Shown here: positions 16,101-30,527 of the stretch, one piece after another
Position numbering within the stretch: the first letter of the stretch is position 1
Layout: every line of letters starts with the position of its first letter
Assembly (NCBI RefSeq): GCF_009914755.1
Contig: NC_060928.1
Reading direction: 5' to 3' (one strand)
Source: the human T2T-CHM13v2.0 reference genome, Homo sapiens
DNA length: 64,000 nucleotides
The notes under the pieces: model-generated
Seen by the model: the letters and a program-made list of their open reading frames with translations, nothing else
What the model was told of the DNA's origin: nothing
The model's database searches: none
Position numbers and translations under genes: made by a program

Positions 16101-17097
16101 AAAGCACAACATACCAAAACTTATGGGATGCAGTGGAATCAATGCCAGGGGGCAAATTTGTAGCTATAAATGCTTTCATTAAAGCATTTATAGGATCTCA
16201 AATTAGCAACCTATTTTTACAACTTAAGGAACTAACAAAAGAATAAACTAAACCCAAAACTAGAATGAAGGATATAATATCTAAGCAGAGATAAATGAAG
16301 TAGAGAATAGAAAAAAAAATAGAGAAAAAGATCAACGAAATTGTCAAACCTGTAGCTGGATAAACTAAGAAAAAGAGAGAAGACTCAAATTATTAAAATC
16401 ACAAATAAAAGTTGGAACATCTCTACAGATTATAAAGAAATTAAAAACGTTATAAGATAGTAGTAGGAACAATTGTACACCAACTAATTCAATAACCTAG
16501 ATGAAATGGGCAAATGCAACAATTTTAAAAAGCCATGCTAAAATTGATATAGAAACTCAAGAGACCCTGAATAACAAAACTGGGGGACTCGCATTTTCTG
16601 ATTTCAAAACTTGTTGCAATACTACAGTAATCAAAACAGTGTCATACCAGCATAAAGGCAGTTATATAGACCAGTGGAATATAATATTTTATCCTGCAAA
16701 TATATATAAATTTATATATAAATATAAAATAGAGACTTCAGAACTAACCCCTTACATATATGGCCAAATATCTTTTGCCAAGAGTGGCAATACCATTCAA
16801 TGCAGAAAGGCCAGTCTTAACATATGGTGCTGGGAAAACGAAATATCCACATGCAAAAGAATGAAATTGGACTCTTACCTAACACCATATAAAAAAATTA
16901 AAATGGATCAAAGACACTTAATGTTAAGACCAATATCTATAAAGCTTTTAGAAGAAAACAGAGGACAAAGCTTCACAACATTGGATTTGACAGCAATATC
17001 TGGGATATGATAACAAAGGCACAGGCATCAAAAGCAAAAAACATGCAAATTGGATTTCATGAAAATTAAAAATTTTGTGCATCAAAAGGAAAACACT

Positions 17098-17390
17098 GGC
17101 CAGGCATGGTGGCTCACATCTGTGATCCGGGCACTTTGGGAGGCTGAGGCAGGATGATCACTTGAGGCCAGGAGTTCGAGACCAACCTGTGCAGCGTGGT
17201 GAGACTCTGTTTCAACAACAACAGAAAATAGCCAGGCATGATGGCGCATGCCTATAGGCCTAGCTACTTGGGAGTCTGAGGCAGCAGGATCACGTGAGCC
17301 TAGGAGTTTGAGGTTGCAGTGAACTATGATCATGCCACTACACTCCGGAAGGAAACCTGTCTGTAGAAAAAGAAAAAGAGGAAGAAGGAA
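17098..17390 (+). mobile_element. AluJ-like element within L1MB
   Basis: Dimeric Alu with J-type right arm and GA-rich tail. Confidence 0.9.
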
Positions 17391-18244
17391 AGAAAAACCC
17401 TATCAACAGTAAAATGGACAGCAACCCACAGAATGAAGAAAATATTTGTAAATCACATATCTGATATGGGATTAATACCGCAAATATAGGGAAAACTCCT
17501 AAAACTCAACAATTACAAAGAAACGTGATTTACCTGATTGAAAAATGGACAAGATACTTTAATAGATGTTTCACCAAAGAAGTTACGGAAATGGCTGATA
17601 AGCACATGAAAAGTTGCTCAACATTATTAATCTTTAGGGAAATGCAAATCAAACGAACAATAAGACACCATTTCACACCAATTAGAATGGCTATTATCAA
17701 ATAACAGAAAATAGCACGTGTTGGTGAGGATGAGTTAGCCAAACACTTGTGCCCTGTTGTAATGTAAAATGGAATTGCTGCTGTGGAAAACAGTATGGTA
17801 GTTTTGCAAAAAAGTAAAAATAGAATTATTATTTGATCTAGTATCCCACTTCTGCATATAAACCCTCCAAAATTGAAAGCAGGGTGTGGAAGAGATATTT
17901 GTACATCCGTTTTCATAGCAACATTTTTTGTAATAGCTAAAACATGGAAGCAATCCAGGCGACAAATCACAGACACGTGGATAAGGAAATATGGCATATA
18001 TGCACAATGGAATATTATTCAGCTTTAAATCAGAAGGAAATTCTGACATACACTACAACATGGATGAAACTTAAGGACATTATGTATTCAAGTCTTTTGC
18101 CCATTTTTGAATCAGATAAATCATGTTTCTTTGTCACTCTTGAGTTTTAGGAATTCTCCCTATATTTGGGATGTTAATCCCTTAACAGATATGTGGTTTA
18201 CAAATATTTTTTCCCATTCTTTGGGTACTATTGATAGTGTTTTT

Positions 18245-18485
18245 CCCTTCCTTCCTTCCTTTCCTTCCTTCCTTCCTTTTTTTCTTCCTTCCTTCCTTTT
18301 CCTTCTTTCCTTCCTTTTTTCCTTCCCTCCTTCCTTCCTTTTTTCTTCCTTTTTTCCTTCCTTCCTTCCTTATTTTTTTCCCTTTTGTCCCTTCCTTCCT
18401 TCCTTCCTTCTTTCTTTCCTTCCTCCCTTCCACCCTTCTTCCCTTCCTCCTGCCCTCCCCACTTGCCTCCCTCTCCCCTATCCCC
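18245..18485. repeat. (CTTC)n / CT-rich simple repeat (expanded Alu tail on - strand)
   Basis: Direct reading; abuts an antisense Alu 3' end at ~18487-18563. Confidence 0.9.
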
Positions 18486-18672
18486 CAAGACAGGGTCTCT
18501 TTCTATCACCCAGGCTGGAGTGCAGTAGCATGGTCATAGCGCACTGCAACCTTACACTCCTGGTTGCACATTATGAATGTATTTAATACCTTTGAATTGT
18601 ACACTTAAAAATAGTTAAGAAGTTAGATTTTATGTTATGTGTATTTTACCACAATAAGAAAAGGAGAAAAGG

Positions 18673-19170
18673 AAAAGAAATTAGCTATCGAGCCATGAAA
18701 AGACATGAAGCCAAACTAAATGTATATTACTAACTGAAAGAAGGCAGTCTGTAAAGGCTACATAATGTACAGTTCCAACTATAAGACATTGTGGGAAGGC
18801 AAAACTATGGAAACATTAAAAGATTAGTTGTTGCCAGGAATTGGGGAGGGGGAGGGATGAATAGGCAGAGCACAAAGGACTTTTTAGAGCCGTGAAGCTA
18901 CTCTTGCCCATACTGTAATGGTGGATACCTATCATTACACATTTGTCAAAACCTGTATGATGGAGAACATCAAGAATGAGCTCTAATGTAAACTGTGGAC
19001 TTTGAGTGATAATGATGTGTCACATAGGCTCATCAGTTTTAACATGTGCCATCCGGTGCTGAGTGTTAATAGTGGGGAAACTTGTGTTATGGGGTGGGGG
19101 AGGCTATGAGGGGTATATGGGAAATCTCTGTACTTATTGCTCAATTTTGCTGTTTTTCTAGGAATTGTTA
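18673..19170 (+). mobile_element. L1MC-like 3'UTR (continuation of 9533-13118)
   Basis: gagccatgaaaagacatg...aaggcaaaactatgg motif continues the interrupted 3'UTR. Confidence 0.8.
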
Positions 19171-19217
19171 ATTATTAAAAATGTGTAAAAAACATTACCA
19201 GAAAGTGAAAATTTTAA

Positions 19218-19559
<342 letters not shown>

Positions 19560-20545
19560 TAATTATGTTTCTTTTCCAAATATAAACTCAATATTTGGTT
19601 AAACAGAAATCAAAAGACATTTTTACTTAGATGCAAATGTTATAAATAGTAATTTAATAGATCCCCACATAATCTCCAAAAGTCAATGTAACTCACATTG
19701 TGGCTGAAATAATGTACATTTTCAGCGAAAGATACTGTAACATTACTAAGTGTAAAAAAAAAAAGAAGTGTATATCTTTTTTATTTACCCTGAATGCTAA
19801 TGTTTGAGGAAATACAGGTGTCATTAGAGGAGGAGGAAAGTTTCTGAATACATAAAAGCACTCAAGATTGGTAGCCCTGTTTGTTTGTCATGCCAGCTTG
19901 TACTTCAAGTAATTTATTTACTTTTTTTCCTAAATCTATCACTAATTCTGCTCAGATAAGGGGATTTAATGAGATGAAGACAGAAAGAATTGGAGAAGAG
20001 AAGAGGAGATGAGAAGAAAGTAGATCCTTTTCAGAAGTGGAAATATGAAATAGAAAAGATAAAATGAAGAACGTAGTTTCGTAAATAAATATGAGTTAGT
20101 GATCTATGGGAGAAAATGTAACCATTTAAAATTTACTAATTGCTGAGCATTAAAAGAATTAGATTAAGAGTTGGAAGGTTCAGGGTGTACACTGAACAAG
20201 CTTCTATAAGACTTGAGATGTAGATCAGATGTGTATAAATTTATGTGTGTAGGTTTTGTATGTGTGATATTTTACATGTTGTGGTTTTGACATTAACATT
20301 ATGCAAAGCTTTTGAGCAGCATAAACTAAATATTGACTACCCAATATATTAGTCACGTAAAACCAAATTTATTATAGCTCTCAGTTTTCTACTTAATTTT
20401 CCAAGCTAAAATATTTAAGATTATAATCACTACTTACATTTTTTCCTTATTTAAAAATCAGATATGAAATTGACAATAGTGAAAAATTGCATTTACCTGG
20501 TGTAACTTTGTAGTAGTGTAAATGGAAGATTGTCTCTCATATTAG

Positions 20546-20855
<310 letters not shown>

Positions 20856-22004
20856 TATCTTTATTCCTAGACCAGTATTTTAGGCCATAATGGAAAGATA
20901 GCTAATAATGGCTTGGATTCTACCTTTAAAAGGCATTTTTTGTCAATAATTTCTTTTTGAATGTCATTTATTAGATAACCACATAGTTTAATACTCTGCA
21001 CAAATGTGTTTTTTAAGTATGATTTTGTTATGATGAGTTTTCATTATGATCATAGACTTACAGCCTCACCATTTACTGTCTGTTCTCCAGTATCTTAGAG
21101 GAATTTAGAGTTTACATATAGATTCATAGCATTTTTTTGATCTGAGAGGAATCTGGTAGAAAATATAGTTCAGAAGCTGTATTTTAGATACGAGAAATAG
21201 AGATGTAAGGTTTAATGCTTGACTCCAAGTCACACTTTATGTGTGGTGCAAAGCTTGGTCTAATTCCTTATTTCCTGAAGTCTCAGCCCAGGCCTGCTTC
21301 TGCACTACGTTGTCTGCATCTCTGGGGTTGTCTATTCCAACATCCTCTGTCCTGCCACATAGACAATTTTTGTTCAGATACTTTTCAGCTTCTTTCTGCC
21401 CGATCCTAACAGTGAACAGTATTGTTAACCTAGCTTATATACCTGTCTTATGCACCTCAAATAGATTTTGTGAGGATGAAGAGTTGATGTAAAAACTGAA
21501 GTTCTATGACACAGGTCACAACCCTTCCATTACTGGTCCACAGTGTTTTAAATTTAAACGTGATGCCTTGAATGAATTGCCAGTATTGAAAAATGGATAC
21601 ATTTCACATAAAAATCTGGGTATTTCCGTTTTTCTAGGAAGTTCCATAAATCTTGCAACATGGGATGGCCTTCTTCAGTGATACTATTAATATAGCATGT
21701 GCAATTTCTATTTCACTAGAGTTCCTGTCACTGGGTATGTGTTTCCCAGTCCTTGGCCAAATGTCAGCTGTCGTTCCTTCATTATCATATTTCCTGCTTT
21801 CCTCATTTAAATTAGTTGCCTTGATGTCTGCAGACATTTAGGGAGTTCAACTGCTGTTCTCTGAAAATAAAAGTCAAAATTAATAGTACTAGTAAAATGT
21901 TTTTCAGGGCACACAGGTAAGGGTTGGGGAAGATAGATGTAAAACAATGAGGAAGTTTATCAATAATGGAAATCACTGACATTTCTTCAAATTTGTTTTT
22001 CAAG

Positions 22005-22133
22005 GCAAACATGTCCCAGGTAAGGCAAGTGGGATTGCTGGCTGCTGGATGTCAGCCATGGAACAAGGATGTATGTGCTGCCAGTGGAGACAGGTTTGCA
22101 TATTGTGCGACCCTGGCTATCTATATTTATCAG
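22005..22133 (+). CDS. WDR17: WDR17 coding exon 2 (ANMSQVRQ...AIYIYQ); contains the short-isoform ATG at 22011
   Basis: ttgtttttcaag| acceptor, CAG|GTAAAA donor, 129 nt, phase 0-0. Confidence 0.97.
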
Positions 22134-22519
22134 GTAAAATAATAATTCTTTTCCATTTTTAATTATATCCGGTAAAATTAATATTTAATTAATACATATT
22201 TTAAGTCCTTGTTACATGAAAAACATAATGCTATAATTCCATTTATATTTATATTTTTAAAGTTTTGTGATTTATACCGTATAGGTTTTAAAAGTTAAAC
22301 CTTTAGAACACACTTACATTATTAAATGATTAGTAAATTTGATATAAGAAAATTCTTTTTTCAGTTGAAGAATTTGGGTAGTCCATTAGAGATCATTATA
22401 GTAAAATTAGGACAGACATATATTGTGAGATATTATTGGGAGAAAAACTTGTATAACTATGTTTTTCGTGTCCTAGCTCCATTCAGATATCCCTTATCAG
22501 TTCACAATTTATAGAGCCA

Positions 22520-23256
22520 AAAACCGCCTGAATTTCTTCATATAGAAGTGCCATAAGCATGTTAAAATCAAAGTCCAGTGATTCTCTTAAATTCAAAGTC
22601 AGTATCTCAGTGTCACCAGCTAACCATGCATCTAAACCAGAAATGTGATAGTTATCTTTGACTCCCTCTTCCACTCACATCCCGTGCCCTTGGTAGCCAA
22701 GAGTGATTCTAATATGTTCCTCATATCTTTCTCACCTAAACTATTATAATAATCTCTTAATAGTCTCTACTTTTAGTTTGGCTCCTACTAATTTATTGTT
22801 CAGTGTAATCAGTTATCTGTAGTGCAAATCTAAATTTTAAAGCTTTCAGTTGCTACTCATTCCCTAATAGTAACATCTAAACTTCATAAAATGGCATTCA
22901 AATGCTTTTGTGATCTTCCTGCCTTTCTCTTACTCTGTGTTCCAGTTATACCAAACCAATTACATTTTTCTAAGACATCTCAGTCTTTCATATCTTGCCT
23001 TTGCTTACACTAATTTTTCAGTTTGCTTACATTGCCTGTCTAGAGAACACTTTCTCATCTTTCGAATCTCAGCTCCTGTATGAACTCTTTTCCATATTCT
23101 ATTTTCCCCTCTTTCTTAGCAGTAAAGGACCTCATAAAATGGACTGCCTCTCTGCATGCTTTCATTTATTAGGAGTCTTTCCCATCTTTTAATTCTCACA
23201 TTTTTGCACTTTCTGGCACTTAGAAGACATTCATTAAATGTCTTAAATGAATGAAT
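22520..23256 (+). mobile_element. L2 3' fragment
   Basis: Ends in L2-type ...ttaaatgtcttaaatgaatgaat. Confidence 0.6.
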
Positions 23257-24939
23257 TAAGGAAAGAATCTTCAAACTCCAACTTATTTTAGTTAAGACTA
23301 TCTTGTTTTATTCTAGAGTAAAAATTCTTTTCATTACTACATATTCGTACATTACTAATTGCATTATGCTTTATTCAAAATTTAAGAAATATAGCATTAA
23401 TGTATAAAACAATCCATTTTCCACGATATAGAGTAAGATTTTATGTAGTCCATTTCTTAAGACTGTAGAAATATCTAGCTACCAAAATGGAACTTCAATA
23501 TAACTCACACTTCTTCATTTTCACCCCCTTCATACACAACACAGCAGCAAGACTTCTAAATGCCTGTTTTTTTCTCCCATCTACCTCCTTTACACTCTTT
23601 ATATACTCCCAAGCTTGTCACTCCCAAATCCCTCCTACACAATTTCTCTCCTAACCCTAAGTCCTTATCTTGTCTTTTATTTCCTCCTAAAGAAGAGAAA
23701 GTTATCAAGCAAGTCAAACTATTCTTCTGAGGTAAGGATGGTAAAGAAACTCAGTGGATGAAGCCATAACTTAATTTTTTCAAGTTTCTATGTCTTAAAT
23801 TTTGTGATGACATTTTATGATGAATATTTAAAAATATTGAGGTAAAATTAGTAATATAAACAATGTACATGAAAGTTGTCATGTCATTAAGGACTGAAAC
23901 AAACTAAAAATTATCCTAATTTAGAAGCTGATGCAAATAAACTTAGGGGACAGTTCATTACAATGTCCACTATAAAACCTTGTTTCAAAGTATGCCAATA
24001 GAAAATTACATAATTAAATGGTGACATTAATATGAAATTTATGTTAATAAGTATTGTTTTAAATATTATCATCTCAATTACAGTGCTTTGAAAATTATGC
24101 TACATAAATGTAACATGATACAATTATTTTCAGAGGAAATATTTATTAAATAACACTTAGTGCCAATGTGTAGTCAAAGTCTGATAATCGGTCACACTCT
24201 GGATAATGATACTCTTGTATTATATTTTTCTGAATGATTAAATGATAATGGGAAATGGTATTAGAATTTTTCTTTAACTGTTGTTTTGTAATGCACTGAT
24301 ATGTTAATGTACCCTAAAAGTAGAGTAATTTATGGTCAATCTCAATGTAATTGTACAGTTCAATATTACTGAATTGTAAACATCATAGGAATGCATCAGT
24401 AGATTAATTCCTGCAAATAGTTCAGTGTTCTCTAGTGTGCTTACAGTTACTATGTAGATAATTTGTATGGTAATGTCAGTGGTCACTGATATGCAGCATA
24501 GCTTCTTCACACATTTACTATATTAATAGATTCTTTTACTGAATTTCTAAATAATGTAGGTTTTTTTCTTTTGGATACATTAGATACACTCACTGTATCT
24601 ACCATAGGTGACTTAAATTGCTGAATAATTTAAAACTTAAAAACCTATTTATTCCTAAATGTATAGAAAACACAATTATGTATTTAAATAAGTCAACTTA
24701 AAATTGCTATTGCTGCAGTGCTAATCAAATGAAAACTTCATTGGTTTTGGGTTATGTTTACTAATGTTTTAATCCAAAGTTGTCCAAGAATAGTTGAAGT
24801 TATAGGAAGAGAGAGAAATTATAGAAGAAAAAGCCTTAGGAAATACTTATGTGATTAGTCAAAAATTTTACATACAATGTTCACTGCAGCATTATCTGCG
24901 ATGGCAAAAATTAAGTTACTTAAATATTAAACAGATCTT

Positions 24940-25470
24940 AAGTGTTTATTCTTTCAATATTAACTGAATCTCTTCAATTGACCAAGCCTTACTCTGTACC
25001 AGGATTGCAACTGTGAAGAAACAGGCAGAGTCTTCTTGTGGAACTTATATTCCTGTAAGGTGTAAGGAAAGGTGATAAGATAAATAAGTAAACAAATAGG
25101 TAAAATTTTCAGAAAGAAGTGTGCTCTACAGAGGCTGAAAAAACAGGTATAATAAGATAGAGTCATGGGATAGGTTCTGGGGAGAGTTATGAATTAAGAT
25201 AGCATGGTCCGAAAACATCTCTCAGAAGAGGTGCATTTAAACTCAGACCTCAGTAGGAGAATGAATAACCATGAGCAAATCAGTGGATAGAGTATTTAGA
25301 AGCCAAGGAAGCAGCAAGCAGAAGGCCATCAAGTGGAGGTGATCGGCTGTAATAGAGAAACGAGAAGTTCAGAGTGAACAGGGAGGAACATGATTTCAAA
25401 TTACTTTGGCAAGATAGCAGAGATTCAATCGTGTAGAGATTTGAAGGCTGTTTATCAGTTAGGATTTTAT
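24940..25470 (-). mobile_element. L2 fragment
   Basis: Antisense L2 motifs; boundaries approximate. Confidence 0.55.
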
Positions 25471-26225
25471 TGCAAGCATATAGCTTTAAAAAGTTTGATG
25501 TAATAAATATTTAATATCATAATGATTTTTAAAACTTAGAATAGCACTGTGAAAGGCTCATTATATGCTAAAGGGGAAGAAACTACAACAAAAGGACATA
25601 AATAACATATTCCAAAACATGCTAAAAATGATAGAGATTAATTCACTAATTAATGGAGGCACACTTACAAAAGAAATAAGAAAAATTAGGCTGTTTATTT
25701 TTTCTATTTATGTATAAAAACACAATATAATGTCCCATCCAAAAAAAACAATAAAATAAAAAGAGTGAATGACATCATTGCTCTGGAAGCTTTGGACATC
25801 TTAATAGTGTAATAATGAGCAGTTGGTGTATTTAACCCAAATTTTCTTGATTCAAGTATAAGTGAAAAATTGCAGAAAAAAATATTCCAAAACCAAGGGT
25901 TTTTTCTTCTCATAAAAAGATATAGCTATGGAAAATATAATAAAGCTCTAAATTATTATGCATATTTAAATGTGAAACATTTATTTTTACTTGTTTTTAA
26001 AATGGATATGTTTTTATTCTCTCAGTTTTTAATGTTTTTTTTTAGCTGGTTCAATATTCATGAATACACTTGAATGTAGACCAAGGCTTGAAATATGTTC
26101 ATATCTTTATTATTAGGTGAAATAATTTTCCTGTATGTAGCTTTAGTTTTGTGTAATGTGAATATTAACAGTGTATTATCTTAAAAAGGAGCACTAAAAT
26201 ATTTTATTTATATATTTTGTTTTAG

Positions 26226-26409
26226 TTGGATCACCGTTATAATGAATTCAAACTTCACGCAATTATGTCTGAACATAAAAAAACAATCACAGCAATTTCT
26301 TGGTGTCCACATAATCCTGATCTGTTTGCAAGTGGCAGTACTGATAATTTAGTGATCATTTGGAATGTTGCAGAACAAAAAGTCATTGCTAAACTCGACA
26401 GTACAAAAG
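26226..26409 (+). CDS. WDR17: WDR17 coding exon 3 (LDHRYNEF...LDSTK)
   Basis: WD40 motif FASGSTDNLVIIWN; tttag| and G|GTATAA; phase 0-1. Confidence 0.97.
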
Positions 26410-29137
26410 GTATAATTACAACTGGGATTTATTTTATGGAATAAAATATTTTTATTTCAACAAGCACTATCAATATTATTAGTTCAGCTTTTAAAATGTT
26501 GTTTTCAAACTTCTTAATGGTAATCTGTATAAGAAATAAATTTCACATAATGACTCATGCCCATAGGTACAAAGCTGAAACAAAATTTCATGAAATAATT
26601 ATACGTAGAACATATGATCGACTAAAAACATAGCCAATACCAAATAATTTTATTAATGTTTAAATATAATGTAAGAATTTCCAAAATAAATATAAAAATA
26701 ATAATCAGAAAGATTTTGTTATTGAGACAAGTAACAAGCCTTGGCTGTTCATTACTCTATTCCAACCTTTAAATTACAAAGAAAGTATTATGCATATATT
26801 TGATGCATTGTTAAGCTGGTTTCATGCCTTTATTTTTAATTTGGTCAAGGTAGAACATCCTCATTCACATAAATTGGACTTTATGAATTGGAATAATAGC
26901 ATTATACTCTTTTACTTAGAATTGGGAACTCGCATTTAATCTTATCCCATCATAATGGTAAAGTTAAGTAATAATTATTCTGTGTTCAGTGTCACAATAA
27001 TTAACTCTCTTTTTGAGCACCATATTTAGCTCAATTGATTATGGTTTTGAAAGCTACTGCTAGATATGTTTTTCAATTCAGCTTCTTCTCTAAAAATAAT
27101 TGTTATAAATTTGAGATATAAAACTGGACATGACAATCTCACTAACCTTATTTTGTTCAAATTTCTTTGTAATAGTCTAAGGCAAAAATACTGGGAATTT
27201 ATAGGCAATTATCTTTAAATTTTGTTTCCATAATAATAGTAAAATAATATCTTTTGTAACTTTTAGACATATTTGATATTTTTAGTATTTTGGTTTGTCT
27301 TTTCAAATTTAGGTCATTAAGAATGCTTAAAATATCAGTGTAATACATAAATTTTATTACTCAACTGTTAAAGATATTTGTCAAATGAAGTTAATTTTCA
27401 ACTAGAAGTATATGGATCTCATTCCCAAGTTTATGTACCCTGTTTTTTATTTTTACTTAGAACAACCAATGTATTAGACAGTGAGTAATGTTTGCCCCAA
27501 TCTCTGAACAAAATATTGTAAAAAGTCAGCTATTCGGTGAGCTTCCATTAATGTAATTAGCAATTTTTCTTAAGGCTTTCCATGAGAAAAAAACAAATTA
27601 TTTTGGCACAATGCTTTGTGATATATAAATTGTGATTGATGGCCTCAATTAAGACTTTTCATATCTCCCCATGTTTTCTGGTCATATCTGTTTGTCCAGC
27701 AATCACAAATTCTATAGGTTACTCCATTACTGTTTATATTGATTGATAATGCATTTCCAAGTACTTTAAATCCAGCTTTGTGTGAGATTAATTTTAAATA
27801 ACACAACAAATTTTTCTTGAAATTCTTTCCATATTGTATGTGCCATAAACTAAAATGTTGCACGATATTATTGTTCTCGTAAAGATGTAACACAAAGTCA
27901 ACGTTAGGTTATAACTGCATATAATAAACATAAATTCTAAATGTTTTGCAGAAGTAATGATTAATTTTATTATCACCTAGTGTATCCATGGATTTATCAT
28001 CAGACACTATATACATCACATCCATTCATGGGGGAAGATTTTATTTATTCATCAGCTATATGCACCATAGTTTCTTTTGTCACTGGATATACAACTAAAT
28101 AATACTTTCTAATTAACAGTCCCAGAATGATGAGATAATTGTGGAAAGCTTTTGGCAAATTTTTCATGTTTTTCCTTTCTTTGAAAATTTTCAGCTATCA
28201 ATATCTCCCTCATCCAAATGTCTTCTTAATTTGAAGATTGAAAGCTTTGCTATTTTATTTGCAAAAAAATTATGACTATTTTTGGTGATTTCCATCTTAA
28301 GTAACACTTTTGAAATGTTTTAGGCTTATTTTTCTTTTTAGAATCCAGCTTAAGCAAAGTAGAAATTTGCATTAAGTGAACTTTTTTTTTCAACTTCCAA
28401 ATACAGTTGTTGAATTTGATCTTGCCTCTGTATTTTTACTTCTTCTTCCTTTTGTTTCTAATAATCTAACAATCCATTTAAACGAAAATGCATATTAGTT
28501 TTTCCAAATGTAAAATGTAAAAATTGTCACCAACTTGAAAAAGTCACTTTATGTAACAGTGGATAATAATACTACCTACCTATCTCAGAATAGTGTTGGG
28601 AGAATTAAATTGCAACACTCCTTGAAAGTGCTTGTACATAAGTCACTATAAAAGTGTTTTCTATTATTATTATATGACACTGTTTCTGGTCCTTTCGCTT
28701 TCCTTGCTGTCTTTCTCTAAATATACAGTCGGAGAACCAGTATTCTATTGTCTTTCCTCTACTGTGCTGTGGTGGTTTGATCCATACAGAGTACCTCATC
28801 TCTTTTTTGGGTAAATTCTACTTCTGTTAATGTATCCTAAAACCATATCAACTATTTTACTGGCGTTTTTCATGTATACATTCATTCATTCAGCAAATAT
28901 TTATGGAGTCCTCATTATGGGTCAGGCCCTGAAGTAGGCATTAGGCTTTGTTTTTGCCTCTTGGAGCACATAGACTGTTAACACAAACTAAACTTACTGT
29001 CAATCAGCAAATTTCCACTCTGTGTCTTTGTTCATATCATTTTCTCTTCCTGGGAAATACTGCTTATTCCATGTATTTAAACTCTACCCCTCCTTCTAGG
29101 TATAATTCAAATCTAATTTCTTTCCAGGACAGTAGCA

Positions 29138-29520
<383 letters not shown>

Positions 29521-30296
29521 GCAATCTCTCTCTCATAAATTTCTCATAATACTTATTTTATATATGATTTATTTGATCACAATAGCAGGTATATTAACAA
29601 TTAACTTTTATATTCCATCTTATTGATGGAATGTAAATGTACCTTTACATAAATGATTTTATTTCCTTGACTTTCATGTGAAATAAGTGGTCAGCTATTT
29701 TTATTGTTATCTCCATTTTATAGATGAGGAAACAGAAATTTAGAGAAATAAAATGACTTGTTTTTCTGAGGCAAGGCTTAGATTTGAATCTAAATTCCTG
29801 ATAAGACATAGATTATAACATTAAGTCCATTGTTTTTAAATCCTTATAGTAGCATTTATATTTTTATTCACTAATCCCTGTCTCCCTAACACACATTTAA
29901 AATTCTCTAAAGCAGGAATCTTATCCCACACTACCTTGTATACCTAGAATGCCTAGAGGTCTTATATACAAATACACAGTAAGAATGTATTGCTCTAATC
30001 TTTAATATATAGTCTACTAAAATAAAAAAGTCTATAAATGTATTTGACTATATGAAGCAAATGATCATGTAAGTAGTATTTAAACCTAACTAGATACATT
30101 TTCTTTCATCATGGACTTTCCCTGCCTATGTTCCCTGCAGTCTTTGGGATTTCTTTATAAATCCAATTCCCAAATAAGAAAGTAATGTATCTTAAAAATA
30201 ATAATTTGTTTTAGAAATGTAAACAGGGCAAGTAATATTTAATGGTGTAATCTTATGCTGTATCTTTATTATGTATCTGTATTTAATGTATTCCAG

Positions 30297-30527
30297 GGAT
30301 CCCTGCTTCTCTTAGTTGGTGCTGGAATGCAGAGGATGTGGTGGCATTTGTTTCCCACAGAGGCCCACTGTTCATTTGGACCATCTCAGGACCAGATAGT
30401 GGAGTGATTGTACACAAAGATGCTCATAGCTTCTTGTCTGATATCTGTATGTTCAGATGGCATACACACCAAAAGGGGAAAGTTGTGTTTGGTCATATTG
30501 ATGGAAGTCTATCAATTTTTCATCCAG
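30297..30527 (+). CDS. WDR17: WDR17 coding exon 4 (GIPASLSWCW...SIFHP)
   Basis: ttccag| and CAG|GTAAGA; 231 nt, phase 1-1. Confidence 0.97.

Larger units (their letters stand above)
13119..18672 (+). mobile_element. L1MB-like element (ORF1, partly deleted ORF2, 3'UTR) nested in L1MC
   Basis: ORF1/ORF2 remnants (e.g. TTYQNLWDA); L1MB-type 3' end ...ttttaccacaat; 28-bp flanking duplication. Confidence 0.85.

Noticed and set aside
16501-17010. 169-aa ORF, the longest in the track
   Set aside because: Degenerate L1 ORF2 remnant, no splice or promoter support
18107-18586. Overlapping 83-159-aa ORFs on both strands
   Set aside because: Stop-poor (CTTC)n simple repeat plus Alu/L1 pieces
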